Positions 1 to 10,161 of a stretch of DNA of 64,000 nucleotides are shown piece by piece. The notes under the pieces were generated by a model, which was not told the DNA's origin, made no database searches, and worked only from the letters and a program-made list of their open reading frames with translations. The stretch is from the IMG/VR virus record IMGVR_UViG_3300037313_000650. The stretch is one strand, 5' to 3'. Made by a program: the position numbers and the translations under genes. How positions within the stretch are numbered: the first letter of the stretch is position 1; each line of letters begins with the position of its first letter. This DNA is from a virus (lineage: Duplodnaviria > Heunggongvirae > Uroviricota > Caudoviricetes).

Positions 1-426
1 TTAGCCTTAGTAGCATATTTTGATCAGAATATAGACCCTGAAGAGTTTATCAACAAACACAATGATATCTTTGATTTTTGTGCAAGGAGCAGTTCTGGTT
101 CTACTTACTATCATGAAGGATATGGTAAATCTGATGTATTTAAATTACCAAAGCTCATTAGATACTATGTAGCTAAACAGGGAATACATATCAAAAAGAT
201 TGTAAAACCTGACATAACTACAGGAGCTAATGATCAGAGTGTACAACCTTCTGAATTCTTAAAGAAAGTATGTAATAGGCTTGTTCCTGAAGAGTTTCAA
301 GATCACCTCAAGAATGTAAACAGACAATGGTATATTGACAAGGTTAAAGAAACTATAATAAATATAGAAAGAGGTAAAAAGATTAAAAGAAAACTTCCTC
401 CAAAAGAACAATTAAGTTTGTTTTAA
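1..426 (+). CDS. C-terminal fragment of a family B-type phage DNA polymerase (5' end outside window)
   Basis: Not in the ORF track. Frame 1 is open from base 1 to TAA at 424-426: LALVAYFDQNIDPEEFINKHNDIFDFC...IRYYVAK...WYIDKVKETII...KEQLSLF*. Resembles the C-terminus of crAss-like PolB and lies upstream of DnaB. Confidence 0.7.
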   Translation, partial: LALVAYFDQNIDPEEFINKHNDIFDFCARSSSGSTYYHEGYGKSDVFKLPKLIRYYVAKQGIHIKKIVKPDITTGANDQSVQPSEFLKKVCNRLVPEEFQDHLKNVNRQWYIDKVKETIINIERGKKIKRKLPPKEQLSLF

Positions 427-462
427 ATACAAAATATACTAACTTCACAAAAAATATAAAGT

Positions 463-648
463 ATGCAACAAGTCACATCCGTATTTTTAGTTAGCGATTT
501 CACCACCGGGGAAGTTTACAGAGAATTTATCGAAGGTACTGGTCAAGAAGCCATTTCTCATTTACGAACCTTATATCCACGATTCACCAAATTTGTATTA
601 GAAGGATTCGAAGTAGAAGGAAACATGCAGTACTTAAACTTAAAGTAG
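463..648 (+). CDS. hypothetical protein
   Basis: 61 aa ORF filling the gap between polymerase and next gene; A-rich leader (aaagtATG). Confidence 0.6.
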   Translation: MQQVTSVFLVSDFTTGEVYREFIEGTGQEAISHLRTLYPRFTKFVLEGFEVEGNMQYLNLK

Positions 649-655
649 TAGAATT

Positions 656-1288
656 ATGGTTAATATTGAATTGTATGAAAAGTTGCTAAATAACAGCCTA
701 TCACTTGACCATTTCTTTGTTCTTAAATCCCTGTACTATAATGAGGAATTGCCAAAGAATAAAAGAGTACAGGGGTTTTTGAACCTCTTAATTAAGAGGG
801 GATATATTGAAGATGGTATACTTACAGAGATAGCTATTGATCTGGTACAGGAGTTTACTCCAGAAGTAACTACCAGTATTGAGGTAGAAGAAAAAAAGGA
901 AAAACAGGTTACAGAATTTTCAGCTTGGGTAAGAGATGTTCGCCTGAAATGTCAGGATAGAATATTCAAACTCAAAGGAACTAAACAAGTAAGGGATAGA
1001 ATCAAAGGTAAGGCTTATTCATTCTTACCAAATGAAACAGATTTAGCTAAAAACTTATTAAAAGTTATAAAGCTATACAGAATCACAGATTATCAATTAG
1101 TTGAGAGAAAACTATTAGAATATATAGAGCAGTGTAATAGGGATAACAACTGGTTTCCTATTCTGTACTATTATATTTTTAAAGATGGTAAATCTCAATT
1201 AGTTACAGATATGGAAAATGATGATATTTCTGAAGTTTCAAATGAAGTAAATACATTAAAACCTACCGATTATGGAACTGAAGGTTAA
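656..1288 (+). CDS. hypothetical replication-associated protein (possible initiator/helicase loader)
   Basis: 210 aa ORF overlapping the DnaB start; function inferred from position only. Confidence 0.4.
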   Translation: MVNIELYEKLLNNSLSLDHFFVLKSLYYNEELPKNKRVQGFLNLLIKRGYIEDGILTEIAIDLVQEFTPEVTTSIEVEEKKEKQVTEFSAWVRDVRLKCQDRIFKLKGTKQVRDRIKGKAYSFLPNETDLAKNLLKVIKLYRITDYQLVERKLLEYIEQCNRDNNWFPILYYYIFKDGKSQLVTDMENDDISEVSNEVNTLKPTDYGTEG

Positions 1289-2363
1289 AGAATCCGAACT
1301 TCTCAGGCAGGAGATTGAACGTGGTATGTCAGGTGAAAATGAAGGTATCTCCTTTGGGGAATGGAGAATTGACCAACATTTTCAGATTAGAAAAGGTGGA
1401 TTATATTTACTTGGTGGTTATCCCGGTAGTGGTAAGACTTCACTTGCTGATGAATTATTTGTACTTCAACCATTTGATTTATTAAAGAAAATGAATCTTT
1501 TAAGTAAGTATAGAATAATTTATTGGTCAATGGAACGTCCAAAAGCTCATAAATTATCCAAATGGTTGAGTAGAAGAATCTTTAAGGAACATGGGGTACT
1601 GATAGATTTTAAAAGAATTCTTGGTTGGTATAACAAAGTAGCCCCTCTCACTACTAAGGAGTTGGATTATGTAATGCTGGAATTACCATATATAGATGAG
1701 CTATTTGAAACTCTTCTTGCTGGAACTTTCCATACAGGTAGAGTAAATCCTACAGGTATTAAGAAGTTTGTAGATGAATATGCAGCAGAGCATGGTAAAA
1801 CAGAAAAGATAGGTAAGTTCAGTAAAGTGTATATACCTCATGACCCAAGTATAGTTACATTTCAAATATTTGATCACATCGGTAAACTAAAAGGTGAAAG
1901 TGGAAAAACCAGAAAACAACTCTTGGATGACTTTTCAGATGATTGTTCTAATGACTATCGTGACTTGTATGGTATCTCTTCATTGTTTATTTCTCAGTTT
2001 AATAGGTCTATTGCAAATCCAATGCGTATTAAGAATGGTGATGTAGAACCTATGCCCGAAGACTTCAAAGAAACAGGTGATATCTATGAGGATGCAGATA
2101 TAGCACTTACTATATTTGATCCTTGGAGATATAAAGTTCCTGATCCTTCAGGATATGATCTAACTAAAATGAAGGATGATGATGGTAAGAAGTATTATAG
2201 AAACGTTAAGTTAATGAAGAACAACTACGGCGCAGAAGATATAAGATTTGGTTTTGGTTATCAACCTGAAACTGGTATCTTTAAACTTTTAAAGAAGCGC
2301 AGGGATATGACTGAAGGGGATTATACATCTCTTACAAATAATTCTATGTTCTTAAAAGATTAA
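1272..2363 (+). CDS. dnaB: DnaB-like (SF4) replicative helicase
   Basis: Walker A GGYPGSGKT; IFDHIG (Walker B-like); SQFNR and FKETGDIYEDADI motifs. Confidence 0.85.
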   Translation: MELKVKESELLRQEIERGMSGENEGISFGEWRIDQHFQIRKGGLYLLGGYPGSGKTSLADELFVLQPFDLLKKMNLLSKYRIIYWSMERPKAHKLSKWLSRRIFKEHGVLIDFKRILGWYNKVAPLTTKELDYVMLELPYIDELFETLLAGTFHTGRVNPTGIKKFVDEYAAEHGKTEKIGKFSKVYIPHDPSIVTFQIFDHIGKLKGESGKTRKQLLDDFSDDCSNDYRDLYGISSLFISQFNRSIANPMRIKNGDVEPMPEDFKETGDIYEDADIALTIFDPWRYKVPDPSGYDLTKMKDDDGKKYYRNVKLMKNNYGAEDIRFGFGYQPETGIFKLLKKRRDMTEGDYTSLTNNSMFLKD

Positions 2364-2365
2364 TA

Positions 2366-3745
2366 ATGTATAAATTACGTGATTATCAATTAGCTCCCGC
2401 AGATGTGGGAGTTAATTATTTTAATGGGAAAAGTAAAAATCCCTCCATTATTGTGTGTCCAACGGCGTTTGGCAAAAGCATTCTCATAGCTGATATAGCA
2501 AATAGATTGAGTGGTAAAACTTTAGTATTGCAACCTAGTAAAGAACTATTAGCTCAAAACTATGAGAAGTTAATAGGTATGGGTGGAGAAGCCTCTATCT
2601 ATTCTGCTTCCTTTAATACAAAGGAATTTGGGAAAATCACCTATGCTACTATTGGTTCTATTAAAAAGTTAGGAGAAACATTCAAGGAATTGGGTTATGA
2701 ACATGTAATTATTGATGAGGTGCATCTATTTCCAAGAGAAGCAGATAGTATGCTTGGGAAGTTCCTGAAAGATGCACAGATTACCAAGGTACTAGGATTC
2801 ACGGCTTCACCCTTTAAATTACAAACCAATCTGGATGTGTTTAGTGGAACCAGTTATTCCAAGCTTGTAATGTTAACCAATAAGAGCAAGAAGGGTAATT
2901 TCTTTAAGGAAATTCTTCATGTTACACAGATAAAGGAAATGTTGGATAGAGGGTATTGGTCTAAATTAAGGTATGAAATATATGATTTTGATACAGGATT
3001 ATTAGTATACAATAGCACAAAAGCTGAATTTACAGAAGAATCCATTCAGAAAGCCTATGAAGATCAGAATATTCATACCAAGATAATTAGGAAAATACAG
3101 GAAACAGACAGAAAATCTATACTTGTATTTGTTCCTTCAGTAAATGAAGCCATTATACTTAGTAGAGCAGTTCCTAATTCTGCTGCTGTATATGCAGATA
3201 TGGATAAGAAGGATAGAGATAAAATAATTACTGACTTCAAGGCTGGAAAGATTAGGGTTATCTTTAATGTAAACATCTTATCAGTAGGATTTGATCATCC
3301 TTTAGTAGATATGATTATTTGTGGAAGACCTACAGCTTCTCTTGCATGGTGGTATCAGGCAGCAGGTAGGGGAACCAGAATACACTCCTTAAAACAAGAC
3401 TGTTTAATTGTTGATTTTGTAGGAAATAGTGATAAATTTGGAAAGATTGAAGACTTATACTACAAGAATGAAAGAGGGTACTGGAAACTGTATGGTACAG
3501 GCGGTAAGTTATTGACAGGTGTTCCCATTCACGATATTGGTAATGTTGTTGACCCTGCTACCCTGAAAACAGGGGAATCTAAGCTGGACTTTGGTAAGCA
3601 CAAGGGTAAAATGATTAAAGAAGTACCTTTAGACTATCTACGTTGGATGTTAGGTCCAGATTATCAATTTAATAGAAGAAATGAACACTTAAGAGCAGAG
3701 ATTGAAGCTGTAATAGCCGCTACCTCTACCCCTGTAGCTAAGTAA
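2366..3745 (+). CDS. SF2 DExH helicase (RadD/UvsW-like) with C-terminal FGKHKG domain
   Basis: PTAFGKS, IIDEVH, GFTAS, GFDHP and QAAGRGTR helicase motifs; C-terminal LDFGKHKGKMIKEVPLDYLRW. Confidence 0.9.
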   Translation: MYKLRDYQLAPADVGVNYFNGKSKNPSIIVCPTAFGKSILIADIANRLSGKTLVLQPSKELLAQNYEKLIGMGGEASIYSASFNTKEFGKITYATIGSIKKLGETFKELGYEHVIIDEVHLFPREADSMLGKFLKDAQITKVLGFTASPFKLQTNLDVFSGTSYSKLVMLTNKSKKGNFFKEILHVTQIKEMLDRGYWSKLRYEIYDFDTGLLVYNSTKAEFTEESIQKAYEDQNIHTKIIRKIQETDRKSILVFVPSVNEAIILSRAVPNSAAVYADMDKKDRDKIITDFKAGKIRVIFNVNILSVGFDHPLVDMIICGRPTASLAWWYQAAGRGTRIHSLKQDCLIVDFVGNSDKFGKIEDLYYKNERGYWKLYGTGGKLLTGVPIHDIGNVVDPATLKTGESKLDFGKHKGKMIKEVPLDYLRWMLGPDYQFNRRNEHLRAEIEAVIAATSTPVAK

Positions 3746-3768
3746 ATTTTTAATGTTAACAAATTATA

Positions 3769-3800
3769 TTTGCTATTAGTTCTTATACTTAATATATTTG
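3769..3800 (+). promoter_or_regulatory. Bacteroidota sigma-A-type promoter (TTTG-N20-TATATTTG)
   Basis: TTTG at 3769-3772 and TATATTTG at 3793-3800 in an intergenic gap; a second TATATTTG at 3765-3772. Confidence 0.55.
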
Positions 3801-3801
3801 T

Positions 3802-4107
3802 ATGAATACAGAATTAAAACAAAAATGGGTTGAGGCTCTCCGTTCTGGAGAATACCGACAAATCAGAGGCAGACTAAATGATTATGATAATGGTTATTGC
3901 TGTTTAGGTGTTTTATGTAAGGTCGCAGGATATGAAGTAATTGGTACAAACATCCTTGAAAATGAAAAAATTGTAGTCGAAAATTATATAGCTATTGATA
4001 ACCTAATTAAAGATGATAGTTATGATGTATCATATTTTATACAATTAAATGATAATAACCGATATACATTTGATGAGATAGCAGAATATGTAGAGAAAAA
4101 CTTATAA
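3802..4107 (+). CDS. conserved phage hypothetical protein
   Basis: KWVEALRSGEY...YCCLGVLC signature recurrent in phage proteins of unknown function. Confidence 0.7.
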   Translation: MNTELKQKWVEALRSGEYRQIRGRLNDYDNGYCCLGVLCKVAGYEVIGTNILENEKIVVENYIAIDNLIKDDSYDVSYFIQLNDNNRYTFDEIAEYVEKNL

Positions 4108-4122
4108 ATAAAACAGATAATA

Positions 4123-5070
4123 ATGAGTGAAACAACAACAGAATTTAAAAGACTTCCATTAACTCCAGATGGTAAACTAATCAAAAATGCTTTTAAAATC
4201 TTATCTCCAAGAAATCTTGTTATTGTAAAGTATCCTAAGAGTGGCGGTACACTGGCAATGTGTAATGTACCTAAGATACTGATTGCAGATAGTGAAAGAG
4301 GTACAGATTATTTCTCCCCTGATAACGTAGCTAGATTAATTGATACTGAAGTAGCTGATCAATTTACAGAAACTACTAAATATGGCTGGATTCCCCAAAC
4401 TATCTTTGATTTGGTAGATGAACTTTCTACAGCTAACAAAATGGATGAGTATTCAGTATTGTACAATAAGTTTGAAAATGAAAGGGATTTGAAGGTTAAG
4501 GAGAAGATGTATAATGAGTTGATTGAAAAAATCAATAAAATGCCTTTTCCTATTGTAGCTATTGACACCATCACTTCTATTACTGATATATCCAATCAGG
4601 CAGCTTTACATGAATACAATCTGAATGTAAAGGATAGTTCTAAAAAAGCTGATATTAAAAGGGTAGATGAGTACGGTGGAGTTCAATACATCAGACGTAA
4701 GTTTTCAAATATCAAAAGATTTATTGAAGACAATGCTGCTCCATTTATTCAATATCATGGTCACGTAGGCTTTAAAAAGGAAACCTTAAAGAAGAGAGAA
4801 CAGGATATGAATGCTTTAGATATTGCCTTAGAAGGTTTACAAAGTTATAGCTTTACTGCTAAGGCTGATGCTGTATGTACCTTCTTCAGGGATAAGGATG
4901 GGTGTTGGATGGATTTTGCAAAGAAGGAAGAAACCGACTTAGGTAGCAGACCTACACATCTTTCCAATAAGAAGATTAAAATAGCTGAAATATTAAAGGA
5001 AGGTGAGTTATATCCTAAGACTTACTGGAATTTAGTCTATCCTGAAATAGAAGCATTTAAAACCAAATAA
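4123..5070 (+). CDS. AAA_24/Sak4-like P-loop protein with degenerate Walker A
   Basis: YPKSGGT at the Walker A position, IADSERG, IVAIDTIT (Walker B-like) and GHV motif; replication-module context. Confidence 0.65.
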   Translation: MSETTTEFKRLPLTPDGKLIKNAFKILSPRNLVIVKYPKSGGTLAMCNVPKILIADSERGTDYFSPDNVARLIDTEVADQFTETTKYGWIPQTIFDLVDELSTANKMDEYSVLYNKFENERDLKVKEKMYNELIEKINKMPFPIVAIDTITSITDISNQAALHEYNLNVKDSSKKADIKRVDEYGGVQYIRRKFSNIKRFIEDNAAPFIQYHGHVGFKKETLKKREQDMNALDIALEGLQSYSFTAKADAVCTFFRDKDGCWMDFAKKEETDLGSRPTHLSNKKIKIAEILKEGELYPKTYWNLVYPEIEAFKTK

Positions 5071-5079
5071 AGTACATAT

Positions 5080-6030
5080 ATGAAGAAAGTCTATCAAGAG
5101 TTATTGAAAGTATTCAAAAAAGCAGACAAAGCAAGAAGAGAACAAATTGCAAAGGAGTGGGGTAAGGCTAATGCTGAAGAAATGTTGAATTTCCTGAATA
5201 GTAAGTTAAATTTGGGAGAAACTAAAACTGAAGCTGGAGTTAGTGTAAAGAGTAAGAAGCAACCTAAAAAGGAAATCAATGTGATTATTGATACCCCCGT
5301 ATCAAAAGTGGAAGAAGAAAAAGTACAACCAGTAGATAAAGTGATTTGCTTTGACACTACAGGTAGTATGGGTGCATATATTGGAAGTGTAAAGAATCAT
5401 GTTAAGGAATTGATTCCCAATCTGTTCAGAGACATTCCAAACCTAAGATTGAAGATTGTTGCATTTGGTGATTATGAGGATATGAAATCTCCTACTAAAT
5501 TTGATAAAGCCTATCAAGTATTAGAGCTTACAGATAATCAGAATGAATTGATTAAATTTGTAGAGAATGCTAAAAATACTCATGGTGGTGATACTGATGA
5601 GTTTTATGAGTTGGTAATTAAGAAGGTAGTAGAAGAAACAGGATGGAGAGAAGGAGCTAACAAATCTGTATTGTTTATTGCAGATTATACACCTCATGAA
5701 GTAGGATACAGACATAGAAATCTTATAGGATCAAACCAGATTGATTGGAGAATAGAAGCTAAAAAGGCAGCAGATTTGGGTATCCAATTTGATACATTAA
5801 GTATTCATAACTATCCTTGGTATAAAGAACTATCTCAAATTACCAATGGTGTACATATGCAGTTTAGTTCTGCTAATAAGACCAGTGAGCTAGTTATAGC
5901 AAGTACACTGGTAAGAAGTTCATCTTCATCTGCTAGAACATCTTATATGGCAAGTATGGATGCAGCATTTACCTCTGGAGATGAAGAACTGATTGGAATG
6001 TATAAGTCTTTAAACAGTAAATTGGATTAA
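5080..6030 (+). CDS. von Willebrand factor A domain protein
   Basis: MIDAS-like FDTTGSM, VAFGDY and GGDTDE motifs. Confidence 0.8.
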   Translation: MKKVYQELLKVFKKADKARREQIAKEWGKANAEEMLNFLNSKLNLGETKTEAGVSVKSKKQPKKEINVIIDTPVSKVEEEKVQPVDKVICFDTTGSMGAYIGSVKNHVKELIPNLFRDIPNLRLKIVAFGDYEDMKSPTKFDKAYQVLELTDNQNELIKFVENAKNTHGGDTDEFYELVIKKVVEETGWREGANKSVLFIADYTPHEVGYRHRNLIGSNQIDWRIEAKKAADLGIQFDTLSIHNYPWYKELSQITNGVHMQFSSANKTSELVIASTLVRSSSSSARTSYMASMDAAFTSGDEELIGMYKSLNSKLD

Positions 6031-6032
6031 TA

Positions 6033-6599
6033 ATGGAAGCAACAGTTAAATCAACAAATAAGTTTGCAAATTTAAAAGAGGGTGAAATTCTTAGTGAAAC
6101 TCAATACTATACTGTAATTAAAGTATCAGGTAATAGAGTACAGCTACAGAATGATAAGGGTGAATTGATTGTAGTAGATAATGATTATGTAAATAGTTGT
6201 TTAAATTCAGCAGATCAGTATAAGGAAGAGAAAATAGTAAGTCGTACTGAACTTACTCAAATCTTCCTGAACCATCCTTATACAGCTATGACAGCTAATT
6301 TCAATAAGAAAGTGGACGAAAAGGATGTGCTGAAGGAAATTCTGGATACATATGCAAATGCTTCTCCTAAAGAGGTAGAGAAGAAGTTTAAATCTACCAT
6401 TAAGAAAGCCTTACAGGGTGAAGAAAGGACCATTAGTGGTTATCATTCTGCTTCTGTAGATGAATTTGGTAGAATTAATTTCATAGATATGAAGATTGAG
6501 AGAAGTTCTGCTAAAGATTATGATAATAGAATTAGGTTAGTTGATCCCAGAACTTTGAATTGGGTGATAACAAAAAACACAAAGTATAAGATTAAGTAA
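6033..6599 (+). CDS. hypothetical protein
   Basis: 188 aa ORF closely following the vWA gene. Confidence 0.7.
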   Translation: MEATVKSTNKFANLKEGEILSETQYYTVIKVSGNRVQLQNDKGELIVVDNDYVNSCLNSADQYKEEKIVSRTELTQIFLNHPYTAMTANFNKKVDEKDVLKEILDTYANASPKEVEKKFKSTIKKALQGEERTISGYHSASVDEFGRINFIDMKIERSSAKDYDNRIRLVDPRTLNWVITKNTKYKIK

Positions 6600-6666
6600 T
6601 TAGGAAATGCTGTAGATTTGTATTTAGTATAAAATAAAATAATTGTACAAATTTAAATTAAATATT

Positions 6667-7686
6667 ATGAATGGCGTAACAGGTAAAGTAAAAGAACAGA
6701 AACAGTTTGAAGATTTTAAAAAGTTTATTGGATTATTTAAGAGTGAAGTGGTAGCAGTAAACCCAACAAGAGAAGAGTTGAATGAAATATTAGGATTGGA
6801 ACCCAAAGATGGTGAAAAAGAGATTGAGTATCTTAAAGAGAAAGAAGGTGTTGATATGGTTACACTTACCTTCTGGTTGAAGGTAGATGGTCAGAAAGAT
6901 ACCTTCCTGCCTTTTAGAATCAACCTGAAGAATGAAATCAGGAGAGATAAAGAGGGTAAAAAGATTGAGCTTGTTAACTCTACAGGTGATACCCAGTGGT
7001 TAGAGGCTGATGAAGATAACAATTATGATGAAGGTTTGTTGTGGGACAGTTTTACCCATTTCACTAATACAACCATGTATGAACTGAAATCTGGTGACAG
7101 GTCTGAAAAATGGCAAGCTGGAGCTAAACCAGTAGAGTTTGAAAAGCTTGCTCCTAAGAGATATCGCCCTGCACTGGTAGGTGAATCTGAACTGTATGAA
7201 TTTATGAAGTCTTGGTTGAGCAACATCGATCTTAAGTTTCCCGGTAATGAGGAATATCCACCAGCCAACCTTCTTTTGGATATGGAAGAACTGCTTGCAG
7301 GTAGGTATGAACAACTTCAATCTTTGATTGATAGTCCATTGGCTACAAATACCTATAAGGATCAAACTTACAGGATTGGATTTGTTGGATTGGCCTATGT
7401 GCGTACTGATAGAGATGATCCCAATAAGCAATATCAGCAAGTGTTTAAGAAGTTTCTTCCTTCAACCTTCATGAAACACATCAACAATAATCTAAGCTTC
7501 CCCAAAGGATTTGCTTTAGATAAGTGGAACAAATTTATCAAGGAGGTAGAGGGTGAATATGGTGTGGATGGTGACTACATCTTGGAACCATTAAAGGAAT
7601 ATGATCCTAATATGGATATTGCAGCTTCCAATAAGACAAGACCTGATGTAGAAGACCCCAATTACAAGAAGAGTAATAAGTATTAA
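6667..7686 (+). CDS. putative ssDNA-binding protein (crAss-like)
   Basis: VVAVNPT N-terminal motif and acidic C-terminal region; ATG at 6667 preferred over the TTG at 6643. Confidence 0.5.
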   Translation: MNGVTGKVKEQKQFEDFKKFIGLFKSEVVAVNPTREELNEILGLEPKDGEKEIEYLKEKEGVDMVTLTFWLKVDGQKDTFLPFRINLKNEIRRDKEGKKIELVNSTGDTQWLEADEDNNYDEGLLWDSFTHFTNTTMYELKSGDRSEKWQAGAKPVEFEKLAPKRYRPALVGESELYEFMKSWLSNIDLKFPGNEEYPPANLLLDMEELLAGRYEQLQSLIDSPLATNTYKDQTYRIGFVGLAYVRTDRDDPNKQYQQVFKKFLPSTFMKHINNNLSFPKGFALDKWNKFIKEVEGEYGVDGDYILEPLKEYDPNMDIAASNKTRPDVEDPNYKKSNKY

Positions 7687-7714
7687 TTCCTTTTTGCTTT
7701 CATAGGCTCTAATC

Positions 7715-7746
7715 AAAAGGTGGTAGGTTATCCTATCACCTTTTTT
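7715..7746 (+). terminator. intrinsic terminator
   Basis: AAAAGGTGGTAGG-TTAT-CCTATCACCTTTT hairpin ending in a T-run. Confidence 0.85.
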
Positions 7747-7756
7747 AAACCTTTTT

Positions 7757-7939
7757 ATGTTAGAAAAACTATTACAAGAGATAAAAGATAACGGTTTTGA
7801 TGTGCAATTCCCAACTGCTACCAGAAGAATCATTCTTGTAGACTTGGTTGAAGAGATTATTAAAAAACATATTACTAAAGAAAACGCAGAGAAATGGTTA
7901 CAGGAAGAGTTAAGCCACAACCAAACTTTATTACAGTAG
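7757..7939 (+). CDS. hypothetical protein
   Basis: 60 aa ORF following the terminator. Confidence 0.5.
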   Translation: MLEKLLQEIKDNGFDVQFPTATRRIILVDLVEEIIKKHITKENAEKWLQEELSHNQTLLQ

Positions 7940-8913
7940 ATGATATCCTTCAGCATACCAATCAGGGTTATGACATTTATCGTTATTATCTAGGAGAGAT
8001 AAGACGAATAATGAATAGACCTTGGCCGGGAGAAAAGAGGGAAAACAAGCTCTCTTGGGGAGTATACTACTACAACGGTATTTGGATATGGAATGACAGT
8101 GCAAGGGAAGAATCAGGTAATGCTATATCTTTTGTACAGCGTTATTTTGGATTGTCTTTTACGGATGCCATAAATAAAATAGCTTGGGATTTTGGTATAG
8201 GTGGAAAACAGGTAGATAAATCTTCTATTGTTCATTGGACTGCTCCTACTGTTCAGGAGAAGAAGGAATATGCTCATATTGCCTTCACTCACAAACCTTG
8301 GGGAGATGAACATTTTAAATTTTGGGAGAATACAGAAGTAACTGAATCTCATTGTCTTAAGTATGAAACATATGCCGTAAAGGATTGTGCTATCAATCAT
8401 AGAAAGGTTAAACTAAAACTCAATGAGGTTGTATGGGCATACTATTGCCCTGAAGAAGATGCAGTAAAGCTCTATTTTCCTGAAAGAGAAGGTATGGAAC
8501 GCTTTAGAACAAATGTTTCTGGTACTCATTTATGGAATTATCGTAACTTAGTAGAGAGTGGTAGAAAGTGTAATAGGCTGTTTATACAAAAATCAAACAA
8601 GGATAAATTAGTAACTTTATTATTAACACCTGATGTTATAGCAACCCAGAGTGAAAAGTCTAAAATATTTGATAAAGAGTTTCATCCTGAAATAGTAGAG
8701 AATATCAATAATCTATCTCCTAATCCCTGTATATTTTATGGTAGTGATCCAGATGGTAAAAAGAAAAGTAATAAGATAGTAGAACTAACAGGTTGGAATT
8801 CAATCTGCACTCCTGAAATATACCTGCCAGAGATTAATGATATATATGGATTTGTTAAAAAGTTTGGATTAAAAAGAGCAGAAGAATTTTTAAAGTATAA
8901 TAATTATCTATGA
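7894..8913 (+). CDS. DNA primase (crAss-like, DnaG-type)
   Basis: N-terminal region resembling the primase Zn-binding domain but lacking Cys (GNAISFVQRYFGLSFTDAINKI); TOPRIM-like FIQKSNKD and YGSDPDG. Confidence 0.7.
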   Translation: MVTGRVKPQPNFITVDDILQHTNQGYDIYRYYLGEIRRIMNRPWPGEKRENKLSWGVYYYNGIWIWNDSAREESGNAISFVQRYFGLSFTDAINKIAWDFGIGGKQVDKSSIVHWTAPTVQEKKEYAHIAFTHKPWGDEHFKFWENTEVTESHCLKYETYAVKDCAINHRKVKLKLNEVVWAYYCPEEDAVKLYFPEREGMERFRTNVSGTHLWNYRNLVESGRKCNRLFIQKSNKDKLVTLLLTPDVIATQSEKSKIFDKEFHPEIVENINNLSPNPCIFYGSDPDGKKKSNKIVELTGWNSICTPEIYLPEINDIYGFVKKFGLKRAEEFLKYNNYL

Positions 8914-9134
8914 AAGAAGAATTCAAAGTGGAATTAATAGTTGGACATGAACTTACTGAAAGACAATTAGAAAGAGTGACGTATAATATAGCAGAAACAT
9001 TAAGAAGACGGTGTAGAGAGGAAGGTTTATTACCTAGTGATGCAGATAGTTATATAACAGAAATAATAGTGGGCAAAGAGGTAAAAACTATGACCGACAC
9101 ACAAATGAAATATAGAGTAATGATAGGAAAATAA
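8910..9134 (+). CDS. hypothetical protein
   Basis: ATGA overlap with primase stop. Confidence 0.6.
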   Translation: MKEEFKVELIVGHELTERQLERVTYNIAETLRRRCREEGLLPSDADSYITEIIVGKEVKTMTDTQMKYRVMIGK

Positions 9135-9144
9135 TTATAAATGA

Positions 9145-9435
9145 ATGAAAAGAGTAAATGATACCCTACACCAAACATGGCATGATAGGGCAAAATTTCT
9201 CTTTGGTCGTTCTGGTACTGCTGTAATAGGAAAAAAGAATCTACAAGAATGTTTATATTTGGATGGAGCTACTGATTTTCAAGGATTAGTACTGGAGTTA
9301 CTAGAGGAAAATTATAAGGAAGCACTTGATTTAATAAAGGAAGATATAGATTACCGTACATCTGAAAGATGTAAGGCTATAGCTGAGACATTAAAAGATT
9401 TAATGAGAATAATTAAACAATTAGAATCACCATGA
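9145..9435 (+). CDS. hypothetical protein
   Basis: 96 aa ORF in a coupled gene run. Confidence 0.6.
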   Translation: MKRVNDTLHQTWHDRAKFLFGRSGTAVIGKKNLQECLYLDGATDFQGLVLELLEENYKEALDLIKEDIDYRTSERCKAIAETLKDLMRIIKQLESP

Positions 9436-9671
9436 AAGGAAAATTATTTCAATTACGTGGAAACGACATAGAGGAATTATACTATACTGAAGATAAGAAT
9501 TTAACTAATGACATGATTAAACAGTTCTATGACGAGTTTCAGGATAGTTCAGGGTATTATGATGAACTATGTGGAGAAATGGTAAATTATGATAGCTTTG
9601 ATGAGTATATGGAAGAGAAACATCCTGAAGTAGATATAACGAGAGTATTTGTAGAAAATGTATTCATATAG
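9432..9671 (+). CDS. hypothetical acidic protein
   Basis: ATGA overlap with the previous ORF. Confidence 0.6.
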   Translation: MKGKLFQLRGNDIEELYYTEDKNLTNDMIKQFYDEFQDSSGYYDELCGEMVNYDSFDEYMEEKHPEVDITRVFVENVFI

Positions 9672-9797
9672 GGGAAAATTTTCCACACTTTATGAAAAAC
9701 TATAGCTAGTATTGGAATATTAATGCTGATAGAAGATTGGTATATATGTTGCAGAGATTGATTAATAACATTTATTAACAACTAAAAATCAACAAAT

Positions 9798-10097
9798 ATG
9801 ACAACTTCAACAACCGCTACAGCTACGACACCTGTAATTAAGATTGAAAAAGGAATCCCTCTCCCTAAGTACACTAAACTTCCAGCCCAAGCTAAAGATA
9901 GCCTATCTGAAGATTTACAGAAGATGAAACCTTTGGAAAGTAGAATGATTGATATAGACTATGACAAGAAAAAACTGAATGCAGTTAGAACAAGGATACA
10001 TCACATCGTTAAGAAGTATAACCTAAAGGATAGAGTCTATACAGTAAATGTAGACCCTGTAACTCAGAAGAAGCTTAGGGTATGGAGAGTTAGCTAA
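9798..10097 (+). CDS. small basic hypothetical protein, possibly DNA-binding
   Basis: IKIEKGIPLP motif seen in small phage proteins; followed by a terminator. Confidence 0.55.
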   Translation: MTTSTTATATTPVIKIEKGIPLPKYTKLPAQAKDSLSEDLQKMKPLESRMIDIDYDKKKLNAVRTRIHHIVKKYNLKDRVYTVNVDPVTQKKLRVWRVS

Positions 10098-10117
10098 AAT
10101 TTTGCTACACCAACAAG

Positions 10118-10147
10118 AAGCCTCTGTTATAAAACAGGGGCTTTTTT
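10118..10147 (+). terminator. intrinsic terminator
   Basis: AAGCCTCTGTT-ATAA-AACAGGGGCTT hairpin ending in a T-run. Confidence 0.85.
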
Positions 10148-10161
10148 ATTAACTTTACAAC

